This document shows positions 34,565 through 46,600 of a DNA stretch of 64,000 nucleotides, piece by piece (the first letter of the stretch is position 1; the number at the start of each line of letters is the position of its first letter). This DNA comes from Lingula anatina (Eukaryota; Animalia; Brachiopoda). The position numbers and the translations under genes are program-made. The notes under the pieces are model-generated. The model did no database searches, was not told where the DNA came from, and was given only the letters and a program-made list of their open reading frames with translations. The stretch lies in contig CM120640.1 of the NCBI GenBank assembly GCA_051362555.1, positions 66,628,788 to 66,692,787 on the forward strand, written 5' to 3'.

Positions 34565-37256
34565 GGGGAATACCCGCTTTAAGGGTCTGCCGCTAGATGG
34601 CGTGGGGGTGAAAGCAGTCCTTCTTAAATCTCGCAGAATCTCGCTCACAGCTTTACACCAGAGTTTAACATGGAGCGTGTGCACGCGCCGCTGACAGTGA
34701 ACCAAGTCAAACGCAATTTACTTGAATGTGGTGCCATAACATCTGGATGAAAATGTGAATTGACTAAAAGGTATGTGTTTTCTTTTCATTTAGTGCTTGA
34801 AAAACACGAATGCTAACTATTTTCCTTGAAAAAAAATCGAACATTAGTCGAGGTGTGTGTGTCAAATCTGACATGTTATGTACATGTAGACTACTGTAGG
34901 TACGAGTAGGCCTACGCTCATATTTTGTTTTAGTAGCACGAAAGACGAAGATTTTTTATACTTAGTAAATGTACTTATTTTTTTCTTTATAAGGTTACCC
35001 AAAGAAGGCCCATATATTGGGGGCAAAGCCTGAAACTGTCGATTTCAGGACCCCAGGACAGCCAACTTCAAGAGCAGGATAAAATGATTACTTCAGGAAT
35101 CTTACCCGTCACTTCACATCAGTGGCAAAGATTGATGTAGCCACCAGTTATGCCTACCCTAAAGCTGACTTACAGGCGGCTGTGATGGACAACAACTATT
35201 GCCAAGTGCCATGAAAACAATAATGCATGGATAGAGGGAATGATGTAAGTGAAAACAGAGGTCTAATATTAAGAATCAGGCCCAAATATGAGAAAGAATT
35301 ATCAAACTAGGTGATGTGTGACATCATAGAAATATAAAATTGTATCTTAACTATTTAATGCTGTAACCATTTACCATGCTTTAATGGGATATGACTATTT
35401 CAGGTTGAGGAACAAACAGCAAAGGACACTGAGCATAGCAAGTTATAACAAGGAAAGAGCGCAATCTGACACAAGGAGAGACAATGGCGGATCACTGCTT
35501 CCAGATTTGGAGAGATAATGTCAGCTACAGAGAAGAAGTATATGAACAAACTGTATGAATAATTGTTGTGTCCAAAACCATTGCAGACACATGACAGTTG
35601 GACCCGGACCTGATTTCCCCTTTTTGGAATGTGTATCTTGTGCACGAATCTGGGCCTAAAGAAAACCCGCGAATACTATACTAAGTTAGAAGGCCAGATG
35701 TTCATTACAAATCGCCCATTCTGCTATTTTGTTGTGTTTACATTCAAAGATCTGTTTGTGGGGTTGATTCATTCTGACGCTGGATATTTTTCTACATGTA
35801 TTTTGCCCAGGATAACTTTTTTTAATGAAAAACACTATAGGAAGTATGTGTCAACCAGTTTATAGAAAGTACCCCTGTATGAGATGGTTTTAGCTGCAAT
35901 CATAATTTTGAAGTGCAATTTTAAAAAATGTTTTCACTAAAATGAAATAATTTGGTGGTGCTATATTCTTTACAAAAAGTACTTATGTGTTTATGCTGTT
36001 TTTAATAATATTTAACTGTAATGAAAAAAAACCTATGATGCTATTTTGTAAAGTATTTTAGTGGGATGAAATAAATTGCTAGTTGTATTTACAGCAAATA
36101 ATTTGGTTTTTCTGCTTTTTAAAGAATTTTCAAAGTGATGACATAATGTGGTGGTTCTATTCAAGTAAAATAATTCATAAGTACTATTTTGTAAAAAGGA
36201 ACAAAAAACTGTGTTAATTTGTAAAATGTTTGCTTTCTTTAATTTTTATTTCTTAAACTGTTACAAAAAGTTTTCCATGCCTACAGTAATCCATTGGCTG
36301 AGAAATTGCAGCTATATATTCAGGAAAGTTATAGCACAAATAAATTATCTAAGTATTACATGGTTTCATGGTTTTTACTATGGACTGAATAATTATTTTG
36401 TTTAAATAAAATATTTGGTTTTGCTGCTTTTTAATGAATTTTCAGAGCGATGAAATAATATGGTGTTTCTACACAAGTAAAACAATTCACAAGTGCTATT
36501 TCGTAAAAAAAGAACAAAAACTGTTCATTTATAAAATGTTTTCTTTCTTTAAATTTTATTTCTTAAACTGTTACAAAAAGATTTCCAAACATGCATTATT
36601 CCATTGGCTGAGAAATTGCATCTATACATGAACAAATAAATTATCTAACTATAACTAGTTTTATGATTCTTACGAGGTAGTGAATAATGATTTTAAATAA
36701 AAATTATTATTTAATTAACATTACCGGTCATGCTCAATACATCAATAAAAAAGGATATTACTTAATAACACAACCTTATGCGGGTAGTAGGCTACCGGGA
36801 CTTATATATATTTACTGACAACTCTTCTGAAATTACGGACATAAGAAAACACACTTTGATAAATCATACTTCCTAGGGGCACTTTCTTGCTATGGAGCTC
36901 TCTTTCCAAAACTTTATAAGTTTTGCCAAGATCAATTAACCTTTTTACGTGTATTCTTTTTGAGGCAACTCGTCTATCTTTAGGGGCCTAATTACTGTTC
37001 CTGGGTCAAGTTGTAACTGACCCTTTAACATGGAAGGTGTGTTGACATGGGCAACCCTTTACTTCAAACGAAGCCCTGAATCCTCAAGAAAATTATGCCC
37101 ACCTTGCCGACTTTGACATTCAGGTACACAACAATACTGAGGCATGTTTATTAAGGCCAGTACCACAGTCCAACGTATACAATATCCAACATGGCGACCT
37201 AGGAAGGACTGAATTCACACTAGCGACACCTGGCGCCAAGCGGGCTGGTATTCCTC
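34565..37256. mobile_element. Internally deleted ISL2EU (PIF/Harbinger-related) transposon
   Basis: TIR GGGGAATACC / GGTATTCCTC and AT TSD. The + strand has YqaJ/lambda-exonuclease remnants (ERQWRITASRFGEI; YYTKLEGQMFITNRPFCYFVVFT). The - strand has a THAP start (MPQYCCVPEC, ATG 37145) fused to a DDE_Tnp_4 tail (RRVASKRIHVKRLIDLGKTYKVL). Confidence 0.85.
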
Positions 37257-38854
37257 ATTGGATATAAAAGTGTAAAGTAAACAAAAAGGTTACTGAGGTG
37301 CATAAGCACTTTTAACAGTTCTATCTAAAAGCTATAACGACTTTGTCGCAATGTAGTTAGCGCGTTCGATATATTGTTGCTTGCACATGTAAAAAATGGC
37401 GCCAATGAAATATCAGCCGCGTGCTTAAAGTCGACTCGACGCGGAATGTAGTTATTGTTTTGAAAATAAAGTTTCTGTGAATGGTGGCCTGAAAAGATGT
37501 TTACAGTGTAATATGAAGTTTTAAAGAACATATTAAACCGCGGCAGCATTAGTATATTCATATCAAGCAGACTCTGTGCATATACGCGAGTCATGCCCTG
37601 CAATGTGAGGGTCGCGCTGTCGACGTCCGGTAAACTGTTCAGGTAAAATTTAAGTAATGCTCGGCAAATCCATAGTGAAATAAGTCAATCAAGTTGTCTA
37701 GCGAGATATATGATGCAAGCACGTTCCACAAGGTTATAATTAACTGAAGCGATCTTAATAGCTGATTCAACGAGCCACACGTCGTTTACCGGATTACATA
37801 ACAGGCAAAGATAAAGTGGTGTTGGCGTCCCGCTGCGGCTTCAACAGCTTATTTTGACAAGGCTCGCGCTACGTGCTGGCTTGAGAAAAACATCATTGTT
37901 AAACCTTAGTGTCGATGCGTTAATTACTTATGGTCTCATTGTCTTCTTCCCACGGCGACCATTCATAAAAAGGGGGCGTAGTTAGGTATTAGACGAATTT
38001 TTCAATCACCCAACGCGTTAGTGGTGCGTTGTCCTCTGACATAATCCGTTACCTGTATACCCGATAAGGGGGTGCACCTATGAATAAATGGTAATTTCTT
38101 TTTTTTTTTTTTTTTTGCTAACAGCAATACAGGAACCTGAAACTTTAAAAATCAACAACAACTCTGAAATTAGGCAGCAACAACAAACAGAATAAGACCA
38201 TGACTAAGAACATTTGCTTCCCTTTATATTTCTCATTTTATTTGGATTGATTATTCTTAAACCCAGAGGAGTCCTCCAAATTTTTTTCTGCTTTCACTGT
38301 AAATGGGGTCAATTTTATTTCAAAGGAAAGATTTTATATTTCTATGGATGTGGTACTATAGGAAGCAAGCTATCTTTGTCTAACAGCAAAATTTGCAACA
38401 AGTAACAATTCACTCAGAAATTCAACTACAAAAACATAAAAGGCTAGGTCTCAGAACATTTGCTTCCCTTCATATTTTCCATTATATTTGAATTGATTTT
38501 ATAGTAATTATCAATAATCATTTATACATGGCGTACTTTAGGAAGCAAATAATCTTGGCCTAACTTCAAAATTTGGGAAAAATCAACAATAACTCTTAAA
38601 ATTAACAATTACATACTTCTACCCAATGACACATAATGATCAAATTTTGCCTCAAAATCCTCCACTTCCCTTGGTTGTATGCTGTACAAAAAACCATCCA
38701 AAATAATTTAAAACTTTATCATTTACCTAAACAATACAATCAACTAATAATTAGACAAATTCATATGATAATGGTACTTTCAAAAGGTCTCAGATCACAA
38801 CTATTTAGGCTCTTTGTTTCCAATTTATTTCAGTAATAAATGGTATTTACTTAC

Positions 38855-38967
38855 GTCATGTTGTCTGATTTCACATAAAACTTGCCATCTGCCATCCTGA
38901 AGACCGGCCATTTTATGGTTTTGGGTAGGGTAGGCACGCTCGCCCAAAATACCTTGTTTTTCGGCAT
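38855..38967 (-). CDS. Probable first coding exon of the YR gene (PWWP/Tudor-like start)
   Basis: TTTTCCAG|ATG...AC|GTAAGT, encoding MPKNKVFWASVPTLPKTIKWPVFRMADGKFYVKSDNM. It ends in phase 2, so at least one linking exon is needed. Confidence 0.55.
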
Positions 38968-39197
38968 CTGGAAAAGAAATGGGGTAGGGCTTAGCACAAG
39001 TGACTGAAGACAGGTGACAATGGTTTTCTAGCCTTGGTGCTTTGAGTCAAATGTGAAGTCATTGATCTCATCCACCATCAAAAGCAAACCCTGGCACTGA
39101 ATTGATATCACAAGAACTGTTGATGTACATATGAATTAAAATAATATTTGGTGATTTTTGTATACTTCAAGGTCCAGGATAATCTCTTTACGAATGA

Positions 39198-39874
39198 AAG
39201 TTTTATTCGAACAGACATATACTTCTGAGGTTGCTGTCTGTATATTTATGAGGTTTTTATCCTAACAATTGTAAGGCTTTATATGTGGCTGGGGATCAAT
39301 CTTTTCAATTTCATTATCAAACATTCATTGGAACAGACATATATTTCTAAGGTTGCTGTCTGTATATTTATGAGGTTTCTATCCTAACAATTGTAAGGCT
39401 TTATATGTGGCTGGAGATCAATCTTTTCAGTTTCATTAACTAACTTTCATTGGAACAGACATATACTTTTGAGGTTGTTGTCTGTATATTTATGAGGTTT
39501 CTATCCTAACAATTGTAAGGCTTTACAGTATATGTGGCTGGAGATCAATCTTTTAAATTTCATTACCAAACTTTCATTCGAACAGACATATACTTCTGAG
39601 GTTGCTGTCTGTATATTTATGAGGTTTCTATCCTAACAATTGTAAGGCTTTATATGTGGCTGGAGATCAATCTTTTCAATTTCATTACCAAACTTTCATT
39701 AGAACAGACATACTTCTGAGGTTGCTGTCTGTATATTTATGAGGTTTCTATCCTAACAATTGTAAGGCTTTATATGTGGCTGGGGATCAATCTTTTCAGT
39801 TTCATTACCAAACTTTTATTCGAACAGACATATACTTCTAAGGTTGCTGTCTGTATATTTATGAGGTTTCTATC
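39198..39874. repeat. 122-bp tandem repeat, ~5.5 copies
   Basis: GAACAGACATA at 39209, 39331, 39453, 39580, 39702 and 39822. Confidence 0.95.
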
Positions 39875-40588
39875 TTGGTCAAAAAAAATGGTCACTTTGT
39901 CAAAAAAAGTGGGCCATTTCTAAAAAAATGTGTGCCGTGAATTGTTTAGAGAAAATTTATTATATTTTAATATTTTTATATGATTAAAAACAATGAAAAA
40001 AGGCTTGATGCTACTACTATAAAGTCCTAAATAATTGTAGTGTGTGGAAAATCTTCCATAATTAACAGTTGTACTGTCCTAAAAAATGTACTTAATAATG
40101 GAAAATCTTTCAGAATTAATAATTGCACTATGCTGAATAATTGCACTGCATGTAAAAGATTGACAATTCCCATTTTTAATGGACCTTTTTCCAGCAAAGG
40201 TCCCCCCCCCCCCCCCCCCCAAGATCCCTGGAAATATTCCAGGTCTTTTTTCATAAAGGGACCTTTTACCTATCAGAGAGGAACATATTTACGACAATTT
40301 GTAAAAAGGGGAATTTCCTTTGTTTTAAAAAGTTAACTAGAACAGTAATGAAAATCAAATAAAAGCAAGAAACATTAATATTATCATATAATATCAATAT
40401 ATTACAGTATTCTCAAGCTATGGGAACTTGCTTTAACACACAGATCAAGTAACATCTACCAAATAATTAAGATAGAATGTGGGAATTCATCAAGGATGAG
40501 AAAATTTTTGTTAAATGGGGGAAATCTAACTTATCTTATGAGGAGGAAGGGACCTTATAACCGCCCTAGTTTGTTAAAGAAAAAAGCC

Positions 40589-40590
<2 letters not shown>

Positions 40591-40665
<75 letters not shown>
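40591..40665. repeat. (TA)n microsatellite
   Basis: Read directly from the sequence. Confidence 0.98.
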
Positions 40666-40666
<1 letters not shown>

Positions 40667-41122
40667 CGGGAAAACTACCAGCCCTATGTCAGCACCTTAA
40701 TTTAAACAAGTTGAAGTCAGCATTGTTAACCGACCAAATAAATTGTTATTAGTTTTGAGGACAAAACTAGGTCGATGAAAATTCCTTTGACAGCTGATTT
40801 ATGAACGCTCATTTACTACTGTACAGTAAAAACCTCCCAAGTCGGAATCCTAAAATGCATGGATGCAGATATTACCTAACGATATAATTCTTTCGGATGA
40901 AATAAACACAGAAATGCAGTAACTATGCATAAACAAAACCACGTGTTCCGAGATCGATTGTAATATTTTTCTCGCCAACATATCGCATTCAAACAAGGCT
41001 TATCCGTTATTATATAACTAGATCTAATATGTAATTATCTATAGAAATACTTGATAAAAATCTTATTGAAACATAAGTGTAAAACATCTTATTTATGGGG
41101 CTAAATGATATCCATTGGACTC

Positions 41123-41310
41123 ACCTTACTGTAAATCGTCTGCTCGTCGTCACTTCTCGGTCTTCAGCAACAGGTGGCAATCGGACGGTGCCTGCGCAGT
41201 CCCCAGTTCAATATGTTTGCCGGTGTATCGCGACCATATATGGCGTCTATTTACCACGCATGCGCAAACGAGCCTCTGCTCGTCTAATAAGTGAGCTGCG
41301 ATTGGTTGGT
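41123..41310 (-). promoter_or_regulatory. Candidate promoter and non-coding first exon of the YR gene
   Basis: CpG-rich patch with NRF1-type TGCGCATGCG (41257-41266), CCAAT (41301-41305) and a strong minus-strand donor AAG|GTGAGT at 41125/41124. Confidence 0.5.
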
Positions 41311-41610
41311 GTGACCGCTAATCGACCATTCACAGCTCGCCTTGTTTCTGAGGCGCGAAACCTCACAATTTTTTAACAGAAAAGGAAGTACTTGAATGTT
41401 GCCATTTTCATGGGACTTTTGAAAACGGACAGACAGCACTGTCCGAAAATCTTGTGAGGTTGGATTTAAAAACGAATTTTGTGAGGCTTTTAGGGGGAGA
41501 TATGGCTTTTTAACTTTGGGCACTTGTGGGAAAACCTCACAAGTCGGTTACAACCGCACAAGTACCTCCTGTACCAGTCAGAAACCTTACAAATACCCTC
41601 TGGTAAGGCC

Positions 41611-41777
41611 AGACGAACAGACAGATAGACAGACAGACAAACAAACAAACAAACAAAGAGACAGACAGACAGATAAACAAGCAAACAGACAGAGAGACAG
41701 ATAAATAAACAAACAAACAGACAGACAAACAAACAAATAAACAAACAAACAATCAGACAAACAAACAAACAAACAAA
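41611..41777 (+). repeat. (ACAG/ACAA)n microsatellite, right flank of the YR element
   Basis: Read directly from the sequence. Confidence 0.95.
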
Positions 41778-43199
41778 CTCCTCACGTCGCTCCTCACGTC
41801 GATGGTAACTGTCAGCCTGATTTCATACTACTCGCGTATCTAGACTACAACAGTGAACTGAAATTACAAATGAAAGGAAAAACTGATAACAAATGAAAGT
41901 CATAGGATAGACATAAATATGAACATTTCAACTTAATACAAATAATATAATTAAGGATTTACATAGAAACAAATACATTAAAAACTACAAAGTATGTACA
42001 TAATAATGCTGCCTCCACGTATTCGCTTATTATTACGGGCTGTTTGGAACTGCGTGAAATTTAGCTAAAAATCAAATTTAGAAGCAGGCTAGAAATACTG
42101 ACACTGTTGTAAACTTTTAGGTTGGGTAACGAGTGAATACTAACTTCCAGATTCATGGTCAAAATATTTACCTGTAAGTCGCCATGAGGAAATCAAACGC
42201 TGACAACAATAACCAGCTTCAATCATTTAATGTTCACTAGTCACATGCTCAGGTACATTAATTCTGACGATATATGGGGAATCCCTCTTTAGTATCAAAC
42301 CAAGACAATGGCTTCGTTAACTTTCATATCAATGGCTTCTTAATCAGAATAGTCAACAAGCCCACTCTTTCACTCTACATGAAATATTGTAGAATGGCTT
42401 TAAAAACTTGTAACAGCTGAAATGATTGAGTTAGGTTGCTCATTCTGAGCCATCTCCATGATGTCTTCTGGAAGAGGCTCATGTGTTGTGCTTTCTGAAG
42501 ACTGACATTGGTCTGTGATCACATGATCTGCAAATTCACCCACTGCGGCTTACGAATCATGTATTTCAGTCTTATAGATAAGTGTCCCTCTTCCTCTAGG
42601 TCAGTGACCACAAAGGCAACCATATCTATAGCCCTCTGTCGTAGAAGTTGATAGATACGGTAAATACTTAAAAACTTTGTTACTTAAAAATTAATTAATA
42701 TTTTAAATTGTGTAAATCCGATAAATTTTTCATAATTACGTTTCTCCAACTCCTGGGTATGACGAAATTTTCAAAAAATCTGACCTTCGGGCTCTTATCC
42801 TTATCATCTTTTATCCTTGTTTCTCATACATTGTTGGATATTTATCACTACTTCCAAAGTCACATTCTGGTGGTAAATAATAATCTATTTCCTTTTAATA
42901 ACTTGCCCAAAAAGTGAGTTGAGAATTGTTTTTTCGGTTAGGAACATACCCTCAGATAGAGGATGGGGGTCAAGATGAGCCTAATTGCAACCTCACATGA
43001 TAAACTGGCATATTTAACATTACGCTCTTAAATAACAATGTTTGTTGCATGCAGGGTTTTCCCGCAGCACAATAAATATGGCAACAATGTGATTGCCATT
43101 TTTAAACCTTAAGTAATATGAGGCTGTACATTTAATAATCATACACATCCAGATTTAATTGGGCTTTAACAAACCAGTATTATTCTTCCTGAAATCTTT

Positions 43200-43660
43200 T
43201 TAAATTCTTCCTGACTGTAGCACCTAGCCCTTGCTAGCAGAGTTTTGGAGCTTCTGTGAAAATTTCAAAACAGTCAATTATACATATCAATCTTGGAAAT
43301 TTCCCTTCGAACACTGGCGGAACCGTAGTAAAAGTATTCTCTCTGTTTTGAGGTTGTATCATCCAATCCAAGTTTGCATTTAGAACATCAATGGTTTTCC
43401 AGAAATGGTCAGTGATTGTCCATTTTGGCAAACATGTCAAATGCACCATTAAATCAAAAGAGGTATTGTACCTAAACCTCACCAATGTTAAGAACACTTC
43501 TTTCAAGGGCAGTCTAGACTGCAGGTATTCTGATTTACAAAAATGAGCCCAAGAAATACCAGTCATCATGATGCACAGTTCATCATTATCTTCAAACAGA
43601 GGAGGATGATAAAAGGCTAGACTGAACATTCTTTTCAGCTCTCTGCAAGGCTTCATCCCT
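43200..43660 (-). pseudogene. Harbinger/ISL2EU transposase remnant (HTH_Tnp_4 and start of DDE_Tnp_4)
   Basis: VFLTLVRFR..SFDL...FWKTIDVL...VPPVFEGKFPRLICIIDCFEIFTEAPK. Confidence 0.8.
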
Positions 43661-46600
43661 CTCTTACTTCAATGCCACCATATCCTTGATAAACATAACA
43701 TCTGGTGGGTTTAGTGGATGGGAAAGTGGAGTTGTGCCCACTAGAATGAAAATGAGGACAGCTTAATTGTCATAATGAAAACAAAGAACAGCCGAACCAT
43801 GAGAAGCATTTAATTCAATTAAACTATAAAATATTCAGGATATAAGAATACAATGAATGGAAGTTAAATGGCCAGTTTTGGCATTTCATTTCATATTCCA
43901 TTCCTACCTACGAATATGTTGAATAAATATGTGTCAAAGAAATACACAGAGACTATTGCACCTACCAGTAAACATCATCATACCTTACTCCTGGTAGACT
44001 TTCTTGTACCTGTTACCTGCACTATCTGAATGTCCAATATCCAAAATTTTCAAGTTTTCACCGTACAACTTTTTTCAAATTTTCTTCTTCAAACTCCAGT
44101 AGATCAATGTCTCCTTTTGTCATCAAGCAACCCGGGAGCAACTTTCTTCATGTCAAATGCTAGTTTTGGTTTCCCTTGTGCAAGTAGCCACCTGCAATGC
44201 CAATTCTTGCAATATCCTGGTAAGATCTGGTCTGGCCAGAAAATGCCTCTAGGCTGGTAGCTGCATAGCCAATTTGTGGCAGGTATTGCCAATGTCAGGT
44301 CAGATTGTGCTGGGTCCAGAACTGCCGCCTCTGCCTTTCCCTTAAAATTACTCCACTTGCTCTCCAGCCTGACCTAAGTCTGATGGGTGCAATTTCAAGT
44401 TTTGTCAGGAATAGTCTCCAAAAGGTCTCTGTTTTGTCCGAATATCCCCTTTGGCACTTCAAATTAAACAGCTGGCAAGTTTCCATAAAAATGAGCTCCA
44501 ACATGCTGTTTCTTATATCTTCTGTCATATTGAAAGTATTTTGAGGTCGATACTAAAGCTTGCCAGATTGGTAGTGCTAGGTATCACTGTGGTGGTTAAT
44601 TTGTGGGTTGAGTTTGTTGAAGGCCTCAGTGCCAAAAGATCTGCAGGTATTGTTAGTAAACAGCAATTCCCATTTATGAGGCTTGTTACTGTACTCTTTG
44701 TACTGTATGGACAGGCTTAGAGTTGAAAACAAAGATGTAATGAGTAGTTAGAGAAGAATAGAAGAATTAAGTCATGAGGATTTCAAGTTTTGTTTTCATT
44801 TACTTGATAGGTATTAGGGGGAGGCGGTTTATTAATTTATTATTGAAATAAACTTACAATTGCAAAGACAAATATTTTGGACCATAAATTATTATCATTG
44901 TTAGCTTTTTAATTTTGAGAAATTGTACAGATATAAGAATGAGTACCTGTGAGCGCAGAAATGAATTGAATTAATAATATTATTAGCACACTTATGTACT
45001 TAGAGTCATTTAATGCACAGAAAAGTAGTCATATACCGGTAGGTTCAGATAGTTGAAATAATTATTTTGTGATGAGTTTGTGTTTGGTGTTTTAAATGCA
45101 GGTAATATTTATGTTATTCTCTCAATTTTCAGGTGCCTTGTAATTATTATTATGATATGAGAAAATAAGCAAGCAGGTAGGCTTTAAGTTAGGCCATGTA
45201 TTGATGATTCTACTGAAATTTAAATGAGGGAGCAATTGTATACTGCGCGTGATTAAATGAAAATAAATTCTTAAGCAAACAATTGATTGAATTATCTTAT
45301 TTTTAAGATCATTATGTCATTTCATAGTCATTGAAAATGAAAAAAGATAATAATAAAGTATGTAATAAAAATGTGAACTTACAAGAGGAAGTATGTTTGC
45401 TTCATCAAGTCTTTATAAACCGCTAGAAGAAAGGTTTCTGGGTGGCACATACAGTGTCATTTTATCGATATTCTTGTGCACAATTTCTTGGCTCAACAAG
45501 GACATTTCCATCTAATTCACAACTAACACATTCTGTTTTAATGCTGAAGACAATGCTATCAGAAGACAAGAATGTTTAATACTGAAACTTTCAAAAATAC
45601 TGAAACTTTCAAAAAATGTTTTTAATAACAGCATATAGCATCTGCAAATGTTTTCTTGATTTTGTTTCATCATTCAAGATAAAAGCATGATATCATTTTT
45701 AAATGTTCACAAGGAATATTGAAAAAGCTATCCATCAAACTCACAGATTATGAGCTTTTAGCTTGTCATTAAGCTGTTTACTTTGTTGATAACATCAACA
45801 TTTGTGATTTTGTAGATTAAAGTATATGTACCATAAAAAAGGCAGCCTGATAATAAAAATCATTAAGGTTTTTAAATGTTTGGACAGGTAACTGTATACA
45901 CAATCAGGTCTGGTTAAAACTGATAACTTTTAAAAAGAACTGAAATAAACGAGGGCACTTCGCTAATATATCGGTTGAATCTATGAGATATTTCAGATTG
46001 GATGGAACACTTGTGCTCTTTTACAAGTGCGTGATTGGGGCTGTCTTACCCAAATAGTATGCATGGTCCTTTTATTGTTTACCTGGTGCTGAATAACAGA
46101 TTGTTCCTACAGTTTACTTAGGGCAGGGGCCCCTAAATGGATATCCTGATGTTCTATTGCTGCAACCAAAGCAAACTTAAACGATGGGACACGCACAACA
46201 TTGAACCATAAAATTTCAAAATGGAGTAACTGGTTGTGTTATCTAATGGTGTGGAAAATTTGGACCAAATCTTGTAAGTATTCTTTGTATATTATTCATG
46301 ACAGGGTATTAACAGGTGTGAAAAATCAAAACTGAGGAATTTGGAGACTTAGCCTTGTTCAGTAAAATGTTGGGATAATTTATTGGAAGATGGAACATTT
46401 ACACATAACTGCCTGCAGTGTTTTCTTCATGTAAGTAGAATTGATTGTTTTGGTTGGAAGAAATGATTAAATTGAAAAAAAAAAAAAAAGAAAAAAGGCA
46501 GTTGATAAATTCATTAAGAAAATTGGATTTTGCTGTAAAATGTCAATGAATAAAATTTCCCATGTAAGAAAATTGAAAATAATGGGTACCTTGTGCAAAA

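Larger units (their letters stand above)
16631..41614 (-). mobile_element. ~25 kb tyrosine-recombinase DNA transposon (Crypton/CryptonV-like) inserted in a microsatellite
   Basis: Same-orientation ACAG/ACAA microsatellite on both flanks, GTC...GAC termini, TTGTGRGG motif arrays at both ends, a perfect 13-bp inverted match (16736-16748 / 41557-41569), and an enclosed spliced YR gene. Confidence 0.7.

Noticed and set aside
37300-37931. Possible MITEs at 37302-37931, 30490-31125 and 18990-19715
   Set aside because: The inverted ends are short and imperfect and TSDs could not be resolved, so they are not supported as features.
39198-39874. CRISPR-like array (the 146-bp arrays were also considered)
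   Set aside because: Whole units are repeated with no unique spacers, the context is eukaryotic, and there are no cas genes.
41490-41772. Hydrophobic VCLFVCLS ORFs
   Set aside because: Translations of the microsatellite.
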